A stretch of DNA of 64,000 nt, taken from contig CM102290.1 of the NCBI GenBank assembly GCA_046563655.1, forward strand, positions 14,384,001 through 14,448,000, given 5' to 3'. Source of the DNA: Yuukianura sp. NJ FZ-2021. Its lineage: Eukaryota. The notes under the pieces are model-generated. The model was not told the DNA's origin, ran no database searches, and was given only the letters and a program-made list of their open reading frames with translations. The translations under genes were made by a program, and so were the position numbers. Below are positions 1 through 14,237 of this stretch, in pieces; the stretch's first letter is position 1, and every line of letters starts with the position of its first letter.

Positions 1-261
1 TTTGACCCCAAGGTTTATTGACTTTGATTTTCTTTCACAGGTTGGGTAATACCTCATGTTATTTCCATTTTGCAACTTTTCATTTTAGTGCATCGTAGTC
101 ATAACAATACAACCAATTTTTTTTTAATTTTGCATACAATTTGGTACCAATTTCATGTTTTTTGTCAACAAGGGAGGTAGTACTCAACCTGTTAAAGAAA
201 ATTAACTTTTCGTTGTCAAGGAACCTTGATTCGGGTAAAATTGACCTTTCTTTGTCTTTAG

Positions 262-1316
262 GTACTCCAGAACTCAAAGTTTGACATTGGAAATGGAATT
301 TTTGTAAAAGAAGGACTTTTTCTGAATCGAACTTACGCCCAAATTGTAAAACAAAAGTTGAACTCTGACATTCAGAACGTCAACTTCGGAAGTCCGACGG
401 ACGCGGCGAACCGAATCAACGGTTGGGTTCGTGACGTCACCAAAAACCGGATTTCGGCACTCGTGGACCACCGAACACTAAGTCCAGCCACTTCGGTCTT
501 CATGGCCAACGCCCTGTACTTCAGTGGCCAATGGGCACAGCCTTTTGATGACATGTCCACCAGTCCGGGCACTTTTGTGCTCTCGTCAGGTCAAAAGGTC
601 ACGGTGTCCATGATGCAAGTTGAATCCAGTTTCCACTACAACTACATTCCGGAACTGAGAGCTACCGGAATCTCACTACCGTTTCGCGACAACCGGTTCG
701 AACTGATTGTTTTGAAACCGGAACTGAACTTGAAGCAACTCGAAACGGACCTGAGAAATTACCCGCTCAATTTGATTTCAAATGAAATCAAAAAACAAAC
801 GAGGAATGTACTGCTCAGAATGCCAAAGTTCCGGCTCGACGTGCACTACGACTTGGTCGATGTTATGAAAAAGGTAATCACTTTTTAGAAAAAAAACTAA
901 TAAAAATTTCAGTTTTTCTTCAAAATTTTGAAATTTTTGAAGCTCGGGATCACAACGTTGTTTGATTCGACAATGGCAGAGTTGAGCGGACTCACGAAAG
1001 CGGGCGACAAGCATTTCGTGTCACAAATTGTTCACCAAACTGCTCTTGACGTAAGTCCGAATTATAATTATAGAAGTTTTTAAAATTTTGAAGAAAATTT
1101 CTGAAACTAAAATTTTGAAAATTTTTGTTTGAATAGGTTAATGAACAAGGCGCAGACGCTGCGGCAGCTACAAGCGTTTCATTTTACCCCATTTCTTCAC
1201 CGTCGTTTTTTACTGTGGATACGCCGTTTATGTTTCTGCTCAACGATAGGCTGACGGGTCCAGTTTTCATCGGACGATTAGCCAATCCCGCGAGAGCGTC
1301 AACGTCACATGATTGA
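262..1316 (+). CDS. Serpin (serine protease inhibitor), 3' exons only; 5' part not resolved or outside the window
   Basis: Exons 262-873, 943-1050 and 1137-1316 with GT-AG junctions. Serpin motifs: INGWVRDVTKNRI, NALYFSGQW, MPKF, hinge VNEQGADAAAAT, C-terminal DTPFMF...FIGRLANP; stop TGA 1314-1316. Confidence 0.92.
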
Positions 1317-2187
1317 CCTGCAAAATTCAAAATTTCCTGCCCTGACCTTTGACCTGCAGGTCAAGTATGAGCAAGGTCAAAGGTTAATCTGCAAAGTCCC
1401 AGAAATACACGAAATTCTCCATTTCTTGCAGCTTGTTATGGAACACGTTGCACATTTCCAAAAATTTTGAATTTGGAAAGTTAAACTTAATAGTGGCTTT
1501 ATTCACAGAAAAACTAAAATTTTAATTACTTAATTCGTGTGTTAATTATCCGACAGAATTTAGAATCTTAAGTCAATGCAACAATTTACACAAAAGTCCA
1601 CACTAACTTTAAACCTAACAACTAAAACTTACATTCACAATTAAAATGCTTAAAATTCCTAAAATTTTGAAATAAGGAATGAAAACATTTGGAATAAATA
1701 TAAAAGGGAGAGAAAATGTACAGTGAAATTTTGTTAAAATTTCAAGTTTTAACAAATATAAAAAGTTAAAATACCCACGAAACAGCGTCACTTTTCGATA
1801 CTTTCAGCAAACAAAAAAAAAACTTTGACCTTCAATTTAGCGCTTTTTTCATTTTTAAAATTTCAATTTCGACACTTTCAAAATTTCTATCCGACCCTTG
1901 ACCTTTGTAGAACAACAAACTTTACAATAAGTTTAATACAACAAGAAATAAAGCAAATCGTGAAATACGCAAGTTTTGGCGAAAAAAAAAACGTTTGAAA
2001 AACTCCGCCCCTTTTTTAGCATTATTGCACAACCGCTCTGCACATGCGTCGCAACAGTTCGTTTTCCGCGCCATTTAGGCAGAATCTGTTGTTTCAAAAA
2101 GGTATTACTTCCTTTGGGCAGTGTTCAAAAATAGTTAATAAATAAAATTACTGGATATAATACTTAAAATTCACAATTACACTTAAT

Positions 2188-2272
2188 TCAGACGCCGGGA
2201 CGCGAACCCGTGCCTCTCCAAGGTGTTGGTAGGATAGAGACTCGCTCTAGTCCCCCAGACTACGAGCTGGCC
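2188..2272 (-). repeat. tRNA-derived fragment (SINE head or tRNA pseudogene)
   Basis: The minus strand has a T-arm/B-box-like cggGTTCGCGTcccg and an upstream A-box-like TAGTCTGGGGG. The anticodon arm is not canonical. Confidence 0.35.
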
Positions 2273-2424
2273 TTGGAGCTAATTAAAATAACTAATTAAT
2301 TATATTAAATAGTCTTCGGTGCATGATTATTGTTTAATTTGTTATTACTTTTTAAACACCAACAAAACAAGCCAGTGCACTTAAAATATTGTTGTGCGTT
2401 TTGCATATTTTTTATGGAGCAAGC

Positions 2425-2618
2425 GTGTCGATGGAATTGTTTCAACTGCCATTGTATCAACTATGATTGCATCAACGAGTATTGTGTCAAGGTGTGTAAA
2501 ACTTAATTGGGATTAAGTTAGGATTTCTTAGGTTCGATGATAAAGTAGTCGTGGATGCAATTGAGCGTTGATGCAATTCCAGTTGATACAATGGCAGTTG
2601 ATACAATTCAATTGACAC
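2425..2618. mobile_element. Small MITE-like inverted-repeat element
   Basis: Arms of about 50 bp (gtgtcgatggaattgtttcaactgccattgtatcaact... and ...agttgatacaatggcagttgatacaattcaattgacac) are near reverse complements built from ~15-bp subrepeats. The short centre contains ttagg-like motifs. No clear TSD. Confidence 0.6.
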
Positions 2619-3497
2619 AATGGCATGGAACTTTTCTTATTACTTTAGCCATTTCCTTCACAAATTGCCATTTGAGGTTTGAAAAGTTCAAAATATTTGA
2701 ACAAATTGTAACTTTTTTGAACCAATTCAAAAATTTCGAATTTGTTTTACTAGCAAATAGGCGTTTCAACAGTTCAAATATTTGAACAAATCTTTATATT
2801 CATTTGTTTGTCGGTTCTGCTCGATCCCAGCTCGGAGAACAAACACGTTGGTAAAGCTCGTAGCTTATTTTCAAAATTTTGGAAGTTCTTTTTCGAAAAA
2901 CAAAGAACTGTGTTTTTCAAATTGACAACTTCAATGAAACCCAATGTAGATTAGTAATTACTTTAGAAACGGAGAATTCCATATCAAAATATATTATTTC
3001 TTCTCCTCCCCGAAAACAGTTCATTATTTTTCAAAAAAAATCTTTTGTTCAAAATCAAAAATCAAATTTTGCAAAAACACATGTTAGCTGCCATATTGAA
3101 AAAAAAATCAAATTCTAAAAACCTTTCAGTCCCGGAGAATAAAAGGCAGTGTGTATAGAGTAAAATCAAATAAAATCGTCTTATCAAAAATCATTTAAAA
3201 TTTAAAAAAACCAAAGTAACTTTTCACGAAACGTTACAACATTTAAATCATCTCTGAAGCACAACACAATCTAACACTTTCAAACTTTGTTTAAAAAAAA
3301 CTCAATTTCGAAATCGCGCTGATTAAAAAAACGAATCTTAACCCCGAGTCATAATTGCTCCAAATGCATTACATTCCGACTTCGTAATTTGATTTTCCAA
3401 TTTCAAATAAAAAAAAATCCCGCCATTTTGAAAAACGGAATTTCCTCCACCTTATCCTACTTCTAGAAAAACCCAGGTTTAAAATTTAAAAAAAAAC

Positions 3498-3636
3498 CGT
3501 CGTCCCTGAATTTGTTTAAATTCTAAACAATGTCGTCCCTGAATTTTTTCATTCTAAAAAATGTCGTCCCTGAAATTTTTGAAATTCTAAAAAATGTCGT
3601 CCCTGAATTTTTTCAAATTTTAAAAAATGTGTCCCC
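3498..3636. repeat. Minisatellite, ~32-bp unit (tgtcgtccctgaattttt...ttctaaaaaa), about 4 copies
   Basis: gtcgtccctgaa recurs four times at ~31-34 bp spacing. Confidence 0.8.
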
Positions 3637-3837
3637 CTTTCCAGTATAGCCTAAAAACGTCCTCCGTTGAGGTAGCGATTGTTTCGATAACTCTACACTT
3701 AATACTTGGGCGCAAAAACTATAATAAACCTATTTAGAATTTAAAATTAAGCTAAAAGTTAAAAATGCCTATAAAAGTACTATCGTTAATCGGATGGGAG
3801 TTGAGTTGAGATGAGTCTATTGGAAGTCATTAGAACT

Positions 3838-5255
3838 TTATCTCCATTCTCAAGTATCCCGTTTTGACACGAAGGAAAACAGGAGTCTGGCGGAGAGTCA
3901 GACTGCGGAGATATCGATGCTGGCGAAGTAGTTCCACTACGACAAAAACACGGATTCAGAAATCTAGGATCCAGCAGTACTTCGCCACATGGACCTTTGA
4001 AAATTACTCCACAACAAGTTTTCTCCCTAAAACATCAAAAATATTTCAAAATTTCAGAATTTCAATTTTTAGTTTTAAAAATGTGAGTTTGACCTTTGAC
4101 CTCTCACCTCTTCCAGAAATCAAGATCCAGGAAACTACAGTTAACTGAAAAGTTTTTACGTGGGAGTCGCTTCAAGCGTCCTCCTATATTTTGTCGCTGC
4201 GACATTCCAATGTCGCCATTGGCCTCGCCAACTGTCGTCGCATTGTTTTCTTGGTCAACTCCTCCGATTTCCTCTGGACTTGGGACAGGGGAGGCTGCTA
4301 GGCTCGAGTCATAACTTCCACTCCCATTCGAAATACAGTCTGAAAATAATTTTCAAAATTTCACATTTCCAAATTTCAAAATTTCGCAATTCCAAACTTA
4401 CAGTTGACATCGTCACTGAAACCAGACGGACTCGCTTCTCGACCACCTCGAGTCACTTTGGGTATAAAAAATTCCTTTTTATCTCCGTCGTTTTCACCTT
4501 CCTCCTGCGACATCGATTTTTTCACTTTCTTAATTTTGGACATTGGTTTACTCCCGTGACCAGCTCGAGCATCAACAACCTGTTCGGAAACCATTTGTAA
4601 AAAAAAAATGAAATTTTTTAAAAATTCAAATTTTGAAAAGTTTTTGAAAAGTGATGGTGCTTACATGTTGCCAGTTCCGTCCGGATCCTCTCGGCAGTTT
4701 TTTCCATCGTTTTACCAGTAAAACGCAGGCGTTACAAATTTCGCCGCTTCTTTTTTCGTCTAATTTGAAGCAGTCAAAAAAATCGTCTTCGTAGCGTTTG
4801 CTGTCCGTGAATCTGGAACTATAAAATTCAAAACTTTAAAAAAAAAATTCGAAAAGACGAAAATCCAATTTATATAACCAACATTTCAAAAAAACTGAAT
4901 CTGCTTCTACGTATTTTTTCACTCCAAATCCGCATCACTACCAAGGAGCATCAAAAACCACCAGTATTCGCGGCGTGAAATTTTTTCACGGCGCCGATTG
5001 TCAGTATTTTTTTTTTGACAATAAAGTAACACGCGTAGATCTTTTTTCCCTGCTTCCTCTATCAAGATAAAGTTGAACTTTAACCAGACATTATACAGCT
5101 TATATGCACCGCACACAATAAATTACTTAAAATAATTATTTTTATGTAATTAATTATTAATTAATAATTAAAATAATTTACCTGCTAGATTTGGCTCTGC
5201 AAATGCAACATCCAGTTCCGGATCTGTAGACTCTTGGTTTATGGAAACTAAACAT
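3838..5255 (-). CDS. SINHCAF: SIN3-HDAC complex-associated factor (FAM60A family)
   Basis: Missed by the ORF track because the exons are short. Exons 5255-5182, 4818-4665, 4579-4402, ~4339-4108 and ~4026-3838 splice to MFSFHKPRVYRSGTGCCICRAKSSSSRFTDSKRYEDDFFDCFKLDEKRSGEICNACVLLVKRWKKLPRGSGRNWQHVVDARAG...SFLDLDFWKREKTCCGVIFKGPCGEVLLD, the FAM60A signature. Confidence 0.95.
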
Positions 5256-5591
5256 CCTTACTTCCTTTTAGTTTCAATATTTCAAAAAACTGTCCCGACT
5301 TGGCGTCTTTTTGAACTTCCTTTTCTAAAAAAAATGAAACAGAACAAATTTTTAGAACTTTGTTCAAAGGAAGTAACAGGACAAGTGAAGTTTTAGTCAA
5401 AGCAAACGCGTTCATCGACTTTCTCTAAAATTAGACCGGATTTACCAATTCCAAATGGCACGTGAATAAAAGAACCCTTAAAAGAGCCCTTTGGACAGTC
5501 GCCTGTCTCCCTTAAGTACCCCCTGTCCAAAGTACCTCCAAAATAATAGTCCTACCAACTGACGAGTGTCTCTTACAGGTGAAAATTTTTT

Positions 5592-5660
5592 CAACCCAAG
5601 TGGGATTCGAACCTAATAGCACATGACCTCGCTCCGCGACCTTAACCACTTACCACTTAA
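5592..5660 (-). repeat. tRNA-derived fragment (SINE-like)
   Basis: The minus strand has B-box GGTTCGAATCC and an A-box-like GGTAAGTGGTTAAGG. Stems are degenerate. Confidence 0.35.
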
Positions 5661-8600
5661 CCTTCATAACGACTAAATAATTACTTTTAACATTCGACCT
5701 TCATTTCCTAACTGATTTCAAAGCTTTTCCAAATTCAAATTCAATTTCCCAATCGTTTTCAAAATCTTTCCAAATTCAAAATCCATTTTCTCCCAAAGTT
5801 ATTTTACAATTCAAAAATTTCTCAAAAAAAATTCTGAGTTACAATTTCAAAAACTTCTCCTTCACCTCTCAATTCAGGCTGACAGTAAAAAGTTCTCAAA
5901 AATTTTAAAGTCTTTTTCGGTTCACTCACTTTTTCAAAAACTTAATTTCAAAAATGTTTCAAAATTTCAAAATTGGACCGTACGGCAACTTCTTCCTCGT
6001 TCCACTGACTTGCTCCTTGAACAAAAACTTTCCAAATTTTTCTCCCCCTTCAACACAGCCCGTTCACAAAACAAGTTCAAATTGTTGCCAAATTTTCGCA
6101 ACAACTTTTTTTGTTCGCAATTGCGGTAAATCCTGCCCAAAACTGCCTCACTCACTTCACTTTTAACATTCTTTTTCACTCAGACGCAAAAAACTTTCTT
6201 TTTAAAGTTCTTTTTCTTTGCTCCACGCAATTCCACCCAATCCACGTTTCTCCACACGCAAAAATCTTCGATCCGAAAACTCCGAAAATTCGGTTTTTTC
6301 AAAATTAAGCAGCACTAACAGAGCAGAGTAGGAAAAAACTGCTAACAGCTCCCCATCAACTGCAAAACTGTCTGCTCTCTCTGCGTGCACTTTTTTGCAC
6401 ACTAATTGGCAAATCCATGATTGCCAATATCCCAATTCACATTTGAACTTAACTCAACCACTTTTTTTGCAAACCTCACCAACTATAACACTTCAACCGC
6501 AAATCGGTTTCCCCGTCGTAGGTTACAAAAAAATGCACAAGAAGAATTTGCAAGATTTCACACAAATCAATTTTTTGCAAAAATTAATCCTCACCCAAAA
6601 CAATTCCTCAAAAAACCAACTTTTTTTAAAGTAATTTTTTGAAAAAATGGAACTTGTGAGATTGTAAGTAGGTCAAAGTTGTTTCAAAATTTTGAAATGT
6701 GGTTGTGAAGGACTTTCTGGTTGGCCTGCTGAGATCGAACTGTGCAGAAACACTGAAACCGGCGAAGCCTACCACACGAAACGCAGAGGAAGGTTTAAGG
6801 CAAGGCCTCGAGTAGACGAAAGAAAAGCATTCGCAAAGTCGAGTCAAGGTTTGACCTACTTTTCGCAAAATGGCGAATCAACATTCTCCATCTTCTTCTT
6901 TGGCACGGGGAATATAGCCTCATCTCTGGTACAAAGCACAAGCCGATCGACTCAAATCCTAAATAGAAAACACGGCACTTGTCCAAACACTAGCTAATTA
7001 CCGTAAAGATCCAGTTACAACTATATAATTCTCGCCAGGTGATTTTAAAAAGTTGAATTTCCAGAAATGATTTTAATTTTGTTGCCGTAAATCATCAAAT
7101 ACCTTCCCTGACCCCAATTCAGTAAGCGCCTACCCTTGAATATCTGTTTTTTTATTACTTACCGTAAAAATCCAGTTAGAGCTCTATTTTTTTTACTTTT
7201 GAAAACCGAATTTTCAACATTTATTTTAATTTTGTTACTCGAAAAGTACCACTAACGACCTTCTTTTTTTTCACTTTTTATTTTTTTTATAGAGGGCACT
7301 ATGTGCAACTTTTTTTAAAAAAAAAATTTAAATCATATCACAAATATAATTCACATGACAAGAATATCTTATCGAAATCGATTTTCCCGTAAATTGCCTA
7401 ATCTTGAGGTCATTCCCATCGACTACTTCACTTTGGCACTCCAAATTTCAAAATTTACCACTTCAAAAAATTGTCAAATCTTTTAATTATCTTGGTGTTA
7501 GTAATAACTCAATTTTTACCAATAAATAGGATTCTGACTAATCAAAACTGCATTGATCGTTTCACAGAACACTTCATTTCAAAGTTTCAATTATTTCAAA
7601 ATTATAACAAAAAAAAATACGCGCCAAGAACCACTTAGGAGAACTCCTACGGTATTTTCATTTCATTTAACCTTTACTTTCTGTAAACCAAGATTCACTT
7701 CCTCGTTCATCTCTCAACCCACATTTGAATCCAATTCATCACAAACACTTACTATCAAAGTGCCTCTCACACACATTATGTTTAATGTTACATTATGAGA
7801 GGTCATCCAGAATAGATTTTGCCACACTTTACAACACAACAAACACAACCAGCACTAATGTAATCCAAATTCAAGGTCAGCTCTCCACATTTCACAAATT
7901 CGACACACCCTACTTTCCCTCTACCAAAAAACACCACAATCTACACAAATGAAGCAAAAGTTAACTTATTAGCAAACATTTAACTTATTCACGCATCGTC
8001 GTTCCACGCGTTAACGACAAAAAATACCGTAAACGTCCAAATCCTTAACAACGAACGCATCCAAAACTTTACAAAATTCTACCTCAGGAATACAGCAAAT
8101 CTCCGAAATTTTTCCACCCCAACTAAATCCCCTTAAAAAATTTCTACCTCAGGAATACCGCAAATCGTTTTTTTTTATTCTACTCCACGAATACCGCAAA
8201 TCTAAAAAGTTTTCACCTCCTCTCAACTTTAAAAAATTACCGCAAATTACCGCAAATCTACCATTCGAATTCCCGTAACCTTGTAAAGCATACGCATTAG
8301 TAACTTCCATCACTCTCCACTTTTAGCTATATCCCTATTGTTATTTTTTCCATAACCTTCAAACCTTATCAAAATAACTCAACTGACAATTCAATCGCCG
8401 TGCCAAAACGCATGTGTTTGCTGATTGTGCAAACTTTTTTTTGCAAAGTCGACCAGCAGCAGGAGCGTCAAGCTCAGATTAGCAAAGTCTAACAGGACTA
8501 CCAAACGCTTCCGGTATTTCTGCTTCACTCCAAAAGCAAGGCCAACTTCACAATAGCACAACTCAAAAATATACACCATGGCCCAAAAAAATACAGTATG

Positions 8601-11600
8601 GAACATAGTGAAGAAGTACAGGGTTGTTCTAATTAAAACAAAACCAGAAACTACGTTTCTTTTCCTATTCCATTTTCAATGTCACTCCACAACACAAAAT
8701 TTATTTAGCCTATGAAAACAAACAGTTTGCCAAAACCTAAAAACTAAAATTTCAGAAAATTTTGAATACAATTTTCAGCCAAAAACCGAAATTATTCAAA
8801 TTCCGCCATATGAAGCTAAATGTCGTAAGTCAAAGTCACGAAGTGACGTCATTTGTTGTTCGTCAGCCAATCAGCGCTCTTTGTCATCCTCAAAAAAATC
8901 AGTTCCCTAAAAATTTTTATCATTTTCATTTTTTCATAAAAATTTGACTACAAATTTTCATGTACAAAATTTCTTAGCAGAGCCTGGCTTCCACTAAACC
9001 GTTTTTGCTCGTATTACCGTAAAAGTTCCAAAAAATGAAAAAGAAGAAAGGAGGCCTCCCATTGGCCCAAATCTGTTCATGGCGAGCCTTAACTTATGGA
9101 TTTAGTTCAAACCTAACTAGAACAAAAACATAATGTTAATGTAATAACGTAACTTATGGTGTAGTTAAGTCAAATCCATCGTGTTTACTATCTTTTACTG
9201 TGGCTTCCCATGCTGTCCCGTTTCAAATTAACAAAACAATCACATAATTCAAAACTAACCGCTAACTGATTAACCAAATTAACTCACACAACACCGCCCC
9301 CACTTCTTACAATTAAAAACAAACATAACTAAAAATAGCCCTCCCCACCCACAATCAAACTTTTGTCAGGCACAATATGTACAGCGTGTTCCAAAAATGT
9401 CAATTTCAACATACTAAAAAACTTTTAGTTCCAAAAACTAAAAGAAAATATATACTTTTAGTTCCAAATTGTTAATTTTCCGCTCATTTCAAAATACTTG
9501 TATTATTTGAATATTACGGAAAGAAATAATACAAATAATATAAGTAATATTATATGTAAAATTTAATATAAAAATAGTTTGGAAAGTGTTCAAGGTCTGA
9601 GTTTTAAGTGTAATTAAGTTGGTATTGACAACACGGCCATACACACGGCCAAGGTCATTTGCCACACACTCAAAACCTACACACACTCAATTCAAAAAAA
9701 AAATACAAAGTCATTTTGAAAAAAAAATTTCTTTATTTGGTTGTAAGTCGAACGTTCAAAAAAAATTTGCACACAAAAAGATCACCAAAAATCCAATATC
9801 AAAATCAAGTAATCAAAATCAATAAAAATCAAGTAAAAATACACAATAAAAGTAATGAAAGTGACTTGAAGTTTTGGGACACATTGTACTTTTTTTTAAT
9901 AAACTTCTGGGCCACATTGTACTTTTTATCATGCGCCACTTTCTCTTTCGGCAGCTTTTTAAGCTTGCCGCTTCTCAAACGAACTTGATAATAATTAGAA
10001 CGCGTCCTTCTAGATACTTGGCAAAAGGCCTTCAGTCTTAAATGTTCAAAAATGAAATCCAAAATTTCCAATTTCCAAAACATCAAAATCTGAAGAAAAC
10101 TTTTGAGGAAATTTCAGTCTCAATTTCCTGGCAACTACAACGTGTGTTTCTTTAATTTCGACAAAACTTTAAAAATTTCTCTTCCGCAATCCTGTTTCCT
10201 GACTCTAAAGTTGTAGTTGGCAGTTGGAAGGCATGAAGCGACTATATGTGTAGAGCAGATCGCTGAATCGCTGAAACTTTGTAACTTTGGGGGCTTCGAA
10301 GGGTGATACATTGTAGGCGGTGAAACTCAAATCCAATTTTTCCCTCCTACAAAAGCAGTGTCAATGAACTTGAAGTAACAAGAGCTCCAAAAACCAGATT
10401 TTTTTTCCCAAAGAAACTCAAAAGCTCAAAATATCCGACAACTGACGCGTGCTTCCTCAAAACCAACTTTCTCCTACGCTATTCAATCTCCAAGATACCA
10501 CCAAAATACCGTAAAACTCCAAATAGTGCCCAAACCCCCAACTTGGTGTCACAAAATCAAAAGTACCACAAAATTTCAACACAACCATAAGAAATGCCGA
10601 AAAAGCTCCAAAACATCATTGAATCCTACCATCCCCCAAAAATACCGTAAAACTCCAAATAGTACTGCAAATCCAAGAAAAGTACCACAGAATTCCAAAA
10701 ACATACCATAAAATCCCAACACCTCAAAAATATCGAGAAAGCTCTCTCAAATCCCGTAATATCCCGCATATACCTCAACAACTACATGCCTAAACTCCAA
10801 CCTATGCCTCTAACCACTTATGTAATCATTCAATAGTATAACTCCAGCAACCAAGAACCAAGCCCATCACAAAACAGAACTTTTACGGTAAGCGGCACAT
10901 ACTCCCACGAAACATTTTCTTCAAAAAAAAACCAATAAAATGAAATAGAGTTCCCATTTACAAAATAAGATTTTCTCTATTTTTATTGGTTTGTTTGCAT
11001 CATAAATTGGGACATTTGTGGCCCTAAGCCAAAAAATTCCCATTTTGTTTCCTCTCCCTTGTTTCTGTATCCATTGTGATTATTTGGCAATTGCAAAAGA
11101 ATTCCCAACCAAACTTCTATTGATTCGACCTACTTTAACAAACAAACAGAAACAAAACATCACAAGTCGTGTTTCAATCATCACTTCCTACACAAACCAA
11201 ATCAACGTCCATCCACACCAAAAAATCACTTTTCAAAAAACACAAAAACTCAAAGAAAAAGAAAGTCAAAATTCAAAAAACTTGAATTCTCATAAGAATT
11301 GTTCCCAAAAATTCTGAAATCTACAGCAAACATCTATTTTTTTCAACTCAAAAATTAAAATTTAACTCAAAAGTGTCCTGCCGGTGAAATCGTGAAGAAA
11401 AAAAAGCTAAAAGCAGAAACCCACAGAAAACGCCGCATCGGCTGTAAAATCCGGGAGAAAAGTGTAGTTTAGCTGTACTTTGGACATGCGCAAAACCACC
11501 GTGTCTGTCTGTATGTCCAACAAAAGCGGCTGTCTGAGCGTAAAGTAGGTCAAATACCTTGAGCTACAAATGAATTCCAATTCCAATGCACAAACGACAC

Positions 11601-11749
11601 CAAAAACCAAGCACCAAACAGCTCAAGTTGAAGGTGACACTCAAACAATTAAAAAAGTCAATTCAGAAATGGAATCAGACTCTAAATTAAGGAAAAAAAT
11701 TAAACAAGTCGTTCCAGAAACGTTTTTCATACGACGATGCAAAAACGTT

Positions 11750-11905
11750 TTTCGTCTGAATTGTTGCAACGTTGCAAAACGTTTTCCAAAATTCGATGCA
11801 GCAACATGTTTCGTCTGAATTGTTGCAACGTTGCAAAACGTTTTCCAAAATTCGATGCAGCAACATGTTTCGTCTGAATTGTTGCAACGTTGCAAAAACG
11901 TTTTT
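11750..11905. repeat. Tandem repeat, 59-bp unit, about 2.6 copies, palindrome-rich
   Basis: tcgtctgaa occurs at 11752, 11811 and 11870. The unit contains the palindromes ttgcaacgttgcaa and aaaacgtttt. Confidence 0.9.
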
Positions 11906-14237
11906 TACACCAACGCAAAAAAGGTGTTTTACACAACCTTCTTTCTAAAACAGATTAAAAAATTTTGCAAAAGATTCAAATTTTTGAAAAATTCACAAAA
12001 CATGAGCTCAGGCGATTCGAAAACTTTGAAAATCTGAAACTTCCCGTTTTTTTTTCTAAAAATTCATAAAAGTTCGACCAAATTCAAAACCAAATCTTCA
12101 GACGCCACAAAAGAAGAAAAAAAAAGCTAACTGAAAACGCGGCGTTTTTTTTTGAACGCCCGCCAGTCATTCACCTCTGCATCTCACCGTTTTAATTTTT
12201 TTCAACTGAATTCTTGATTATGCGTGTGTCAGTGTCTACTGATTCTCCTGTTCAGACTATAAAGGCTATAAAACTCTATACAAGAAAAAAAATTTTTTGC
12301 CAAAATTGTTGCCAAAATGGAACTTTTCCACTGCCATCGAGAATTGCTGATTCGCAAGGGAGATAAGTAATTTGGGGGCTCATGCTGGATGGATGGGGAA
12401 GTTTTTTGCAAAATTTTGCACATTTGCAAAAATTGGTCCGTCTGTCCGTCTACCTCAACAAACCATTGACAGAGCCACGCCACGGAGTTCATTGTGCCAC
12501 GACTCCAAATCTCGGCCAGCCACTCACCTCCCGCACCAGTTCATAAAACTCAAAAGGAAATTCGCAAACCAAATTCGCAACTTTTTTTTGCACAAAAACA
12601 TTTTGAGCATGACTGTATATATCCATCGGCACCTGCTTCCATGCAAACCTCAAAACAACTTCCATGGACTCCATTGTCCACAAAGTGGCCATGCCCTTGA
12701 ACCTGGTCATTCACTTCGTCATTCCGTCCAGCCAACTCCACAATTTCTCAAAATTTGCAACACCCTCCAAAAATACACAAAATTCTTAAAATTCTGTTTA
12801 AAATGTTGCACAAAAGTAAGAATTTTACTTCAAATTTGGGTTTTGAGCAAACAACTTTTTCGGTTTCAAAAATGCTGAGCACGTTGTTTCGCTCTGGTGA
12901 GAAACTGAAGTTGGGGCAAGTTGAGACCATAAACGATAGTTCCAAGACAGCATAACATAACAAACACTATGTACTCTGTAGGAAATCCACGTGAAGAGGA
13001 TCAATGACACTTTCAGCAGCGGAATGAACTGAACAACGGAATTTTATTCAACTGACTCACGCTCTCAACGTTTTCTCATGTTTCAGAATATCTTAACTAC
13101 AAAACTTTTTAAATATTTCCCAAATATATAGATATAATAGCAAGTATGCAGTTTCCAATATTTCCCAAAGTATATATTTCCCAGTACATGAATATGAACA
13201 CATATTCCCAAAAATATTACAAAACACGCCCAATTATGCTTAAAGATACAAAATAAGGAACAATCATTTAGCAACGAACGATACAAAAGGCAAGGAACCT
13301 CTCAAAAAAGTACAAAAAAATAGTAAAAACCTTTTTGCTTCGTACAACTGAAAGTGAAATCACGGTGAGAACTTCCCAAAATCTAACATTTTCAAAATCC
13401 AAAATCCGCTCCAAATTCCATTGAAAAGGAAAGTATGTCAGTGTTCCTTCGGTTTCCGGACCAAGCAAGGGAACGTACTCGGAGATTGACTCGTTAAGGG
13501 TCCAGAGCCCTTACATTTTTTTTGAAGGGCAGCTCCAAATACCCGGGAGTCTCTCTCATAATAACCACCGAATCTTCTCAGCATATCAAAAAAATTATCC
13601 TCAAGTTGTGGCAGGGGCTGGTCGGAAGTACAAAGTATGAAAGTGTCATAGCAGTCAATTCCTAACGAACTCCATTGTTCATTGTTCCAAAAGTCAATGC
13701 AACCAATACCTAAGACCAACAACCTACAACTTTACAAATGAAAAGTTTCAAAAGAGACTAATAAAAAGTACTAAAAATTGAGAGTATTGAATGCACTTTA
13801 GGCATAAAGCCTTGTAGTTAAACATTTCCCAGAAGTAAAAGCCGCAATTGAAAGTGAAACCGAAACTATTTTTCGGAGAAAATTTCTCTTTCAACTATCA
13901 AATCAAAACCTAGCGGGCGTAATAGTCTATATGACTATAATAGTCTATAAATTGTAGACTATAAATAACCACCATTACCGCTATGAGAAGTGCTATGAAC
14001 ATAGTTTGTTATGTTTAATTGACTTTAACTTTAGCATAACTATTAAGTTTCAGTTGTTGCGACACTTACTGGGAAGTCGTAAAGTGGGGATTATGTTAGG
14101 ATGAATGGAAAATGAAATGAATGGAGTTGTACTACGGAATTGTTAAGGACGGTACTTTCTAAATGTAGGTTTTGAGTTCACTACAAATTGTGTCTACTGA
14201 CACTTCCTTCTGGCCATGTTTACATGACAACCTAGCA

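Noticed and set aside
13438..13722. 94-aa minus-strand ORF in the gene-poor region
   Set aside because: No recognisable motif or splice partner; possibly a UTR exon.
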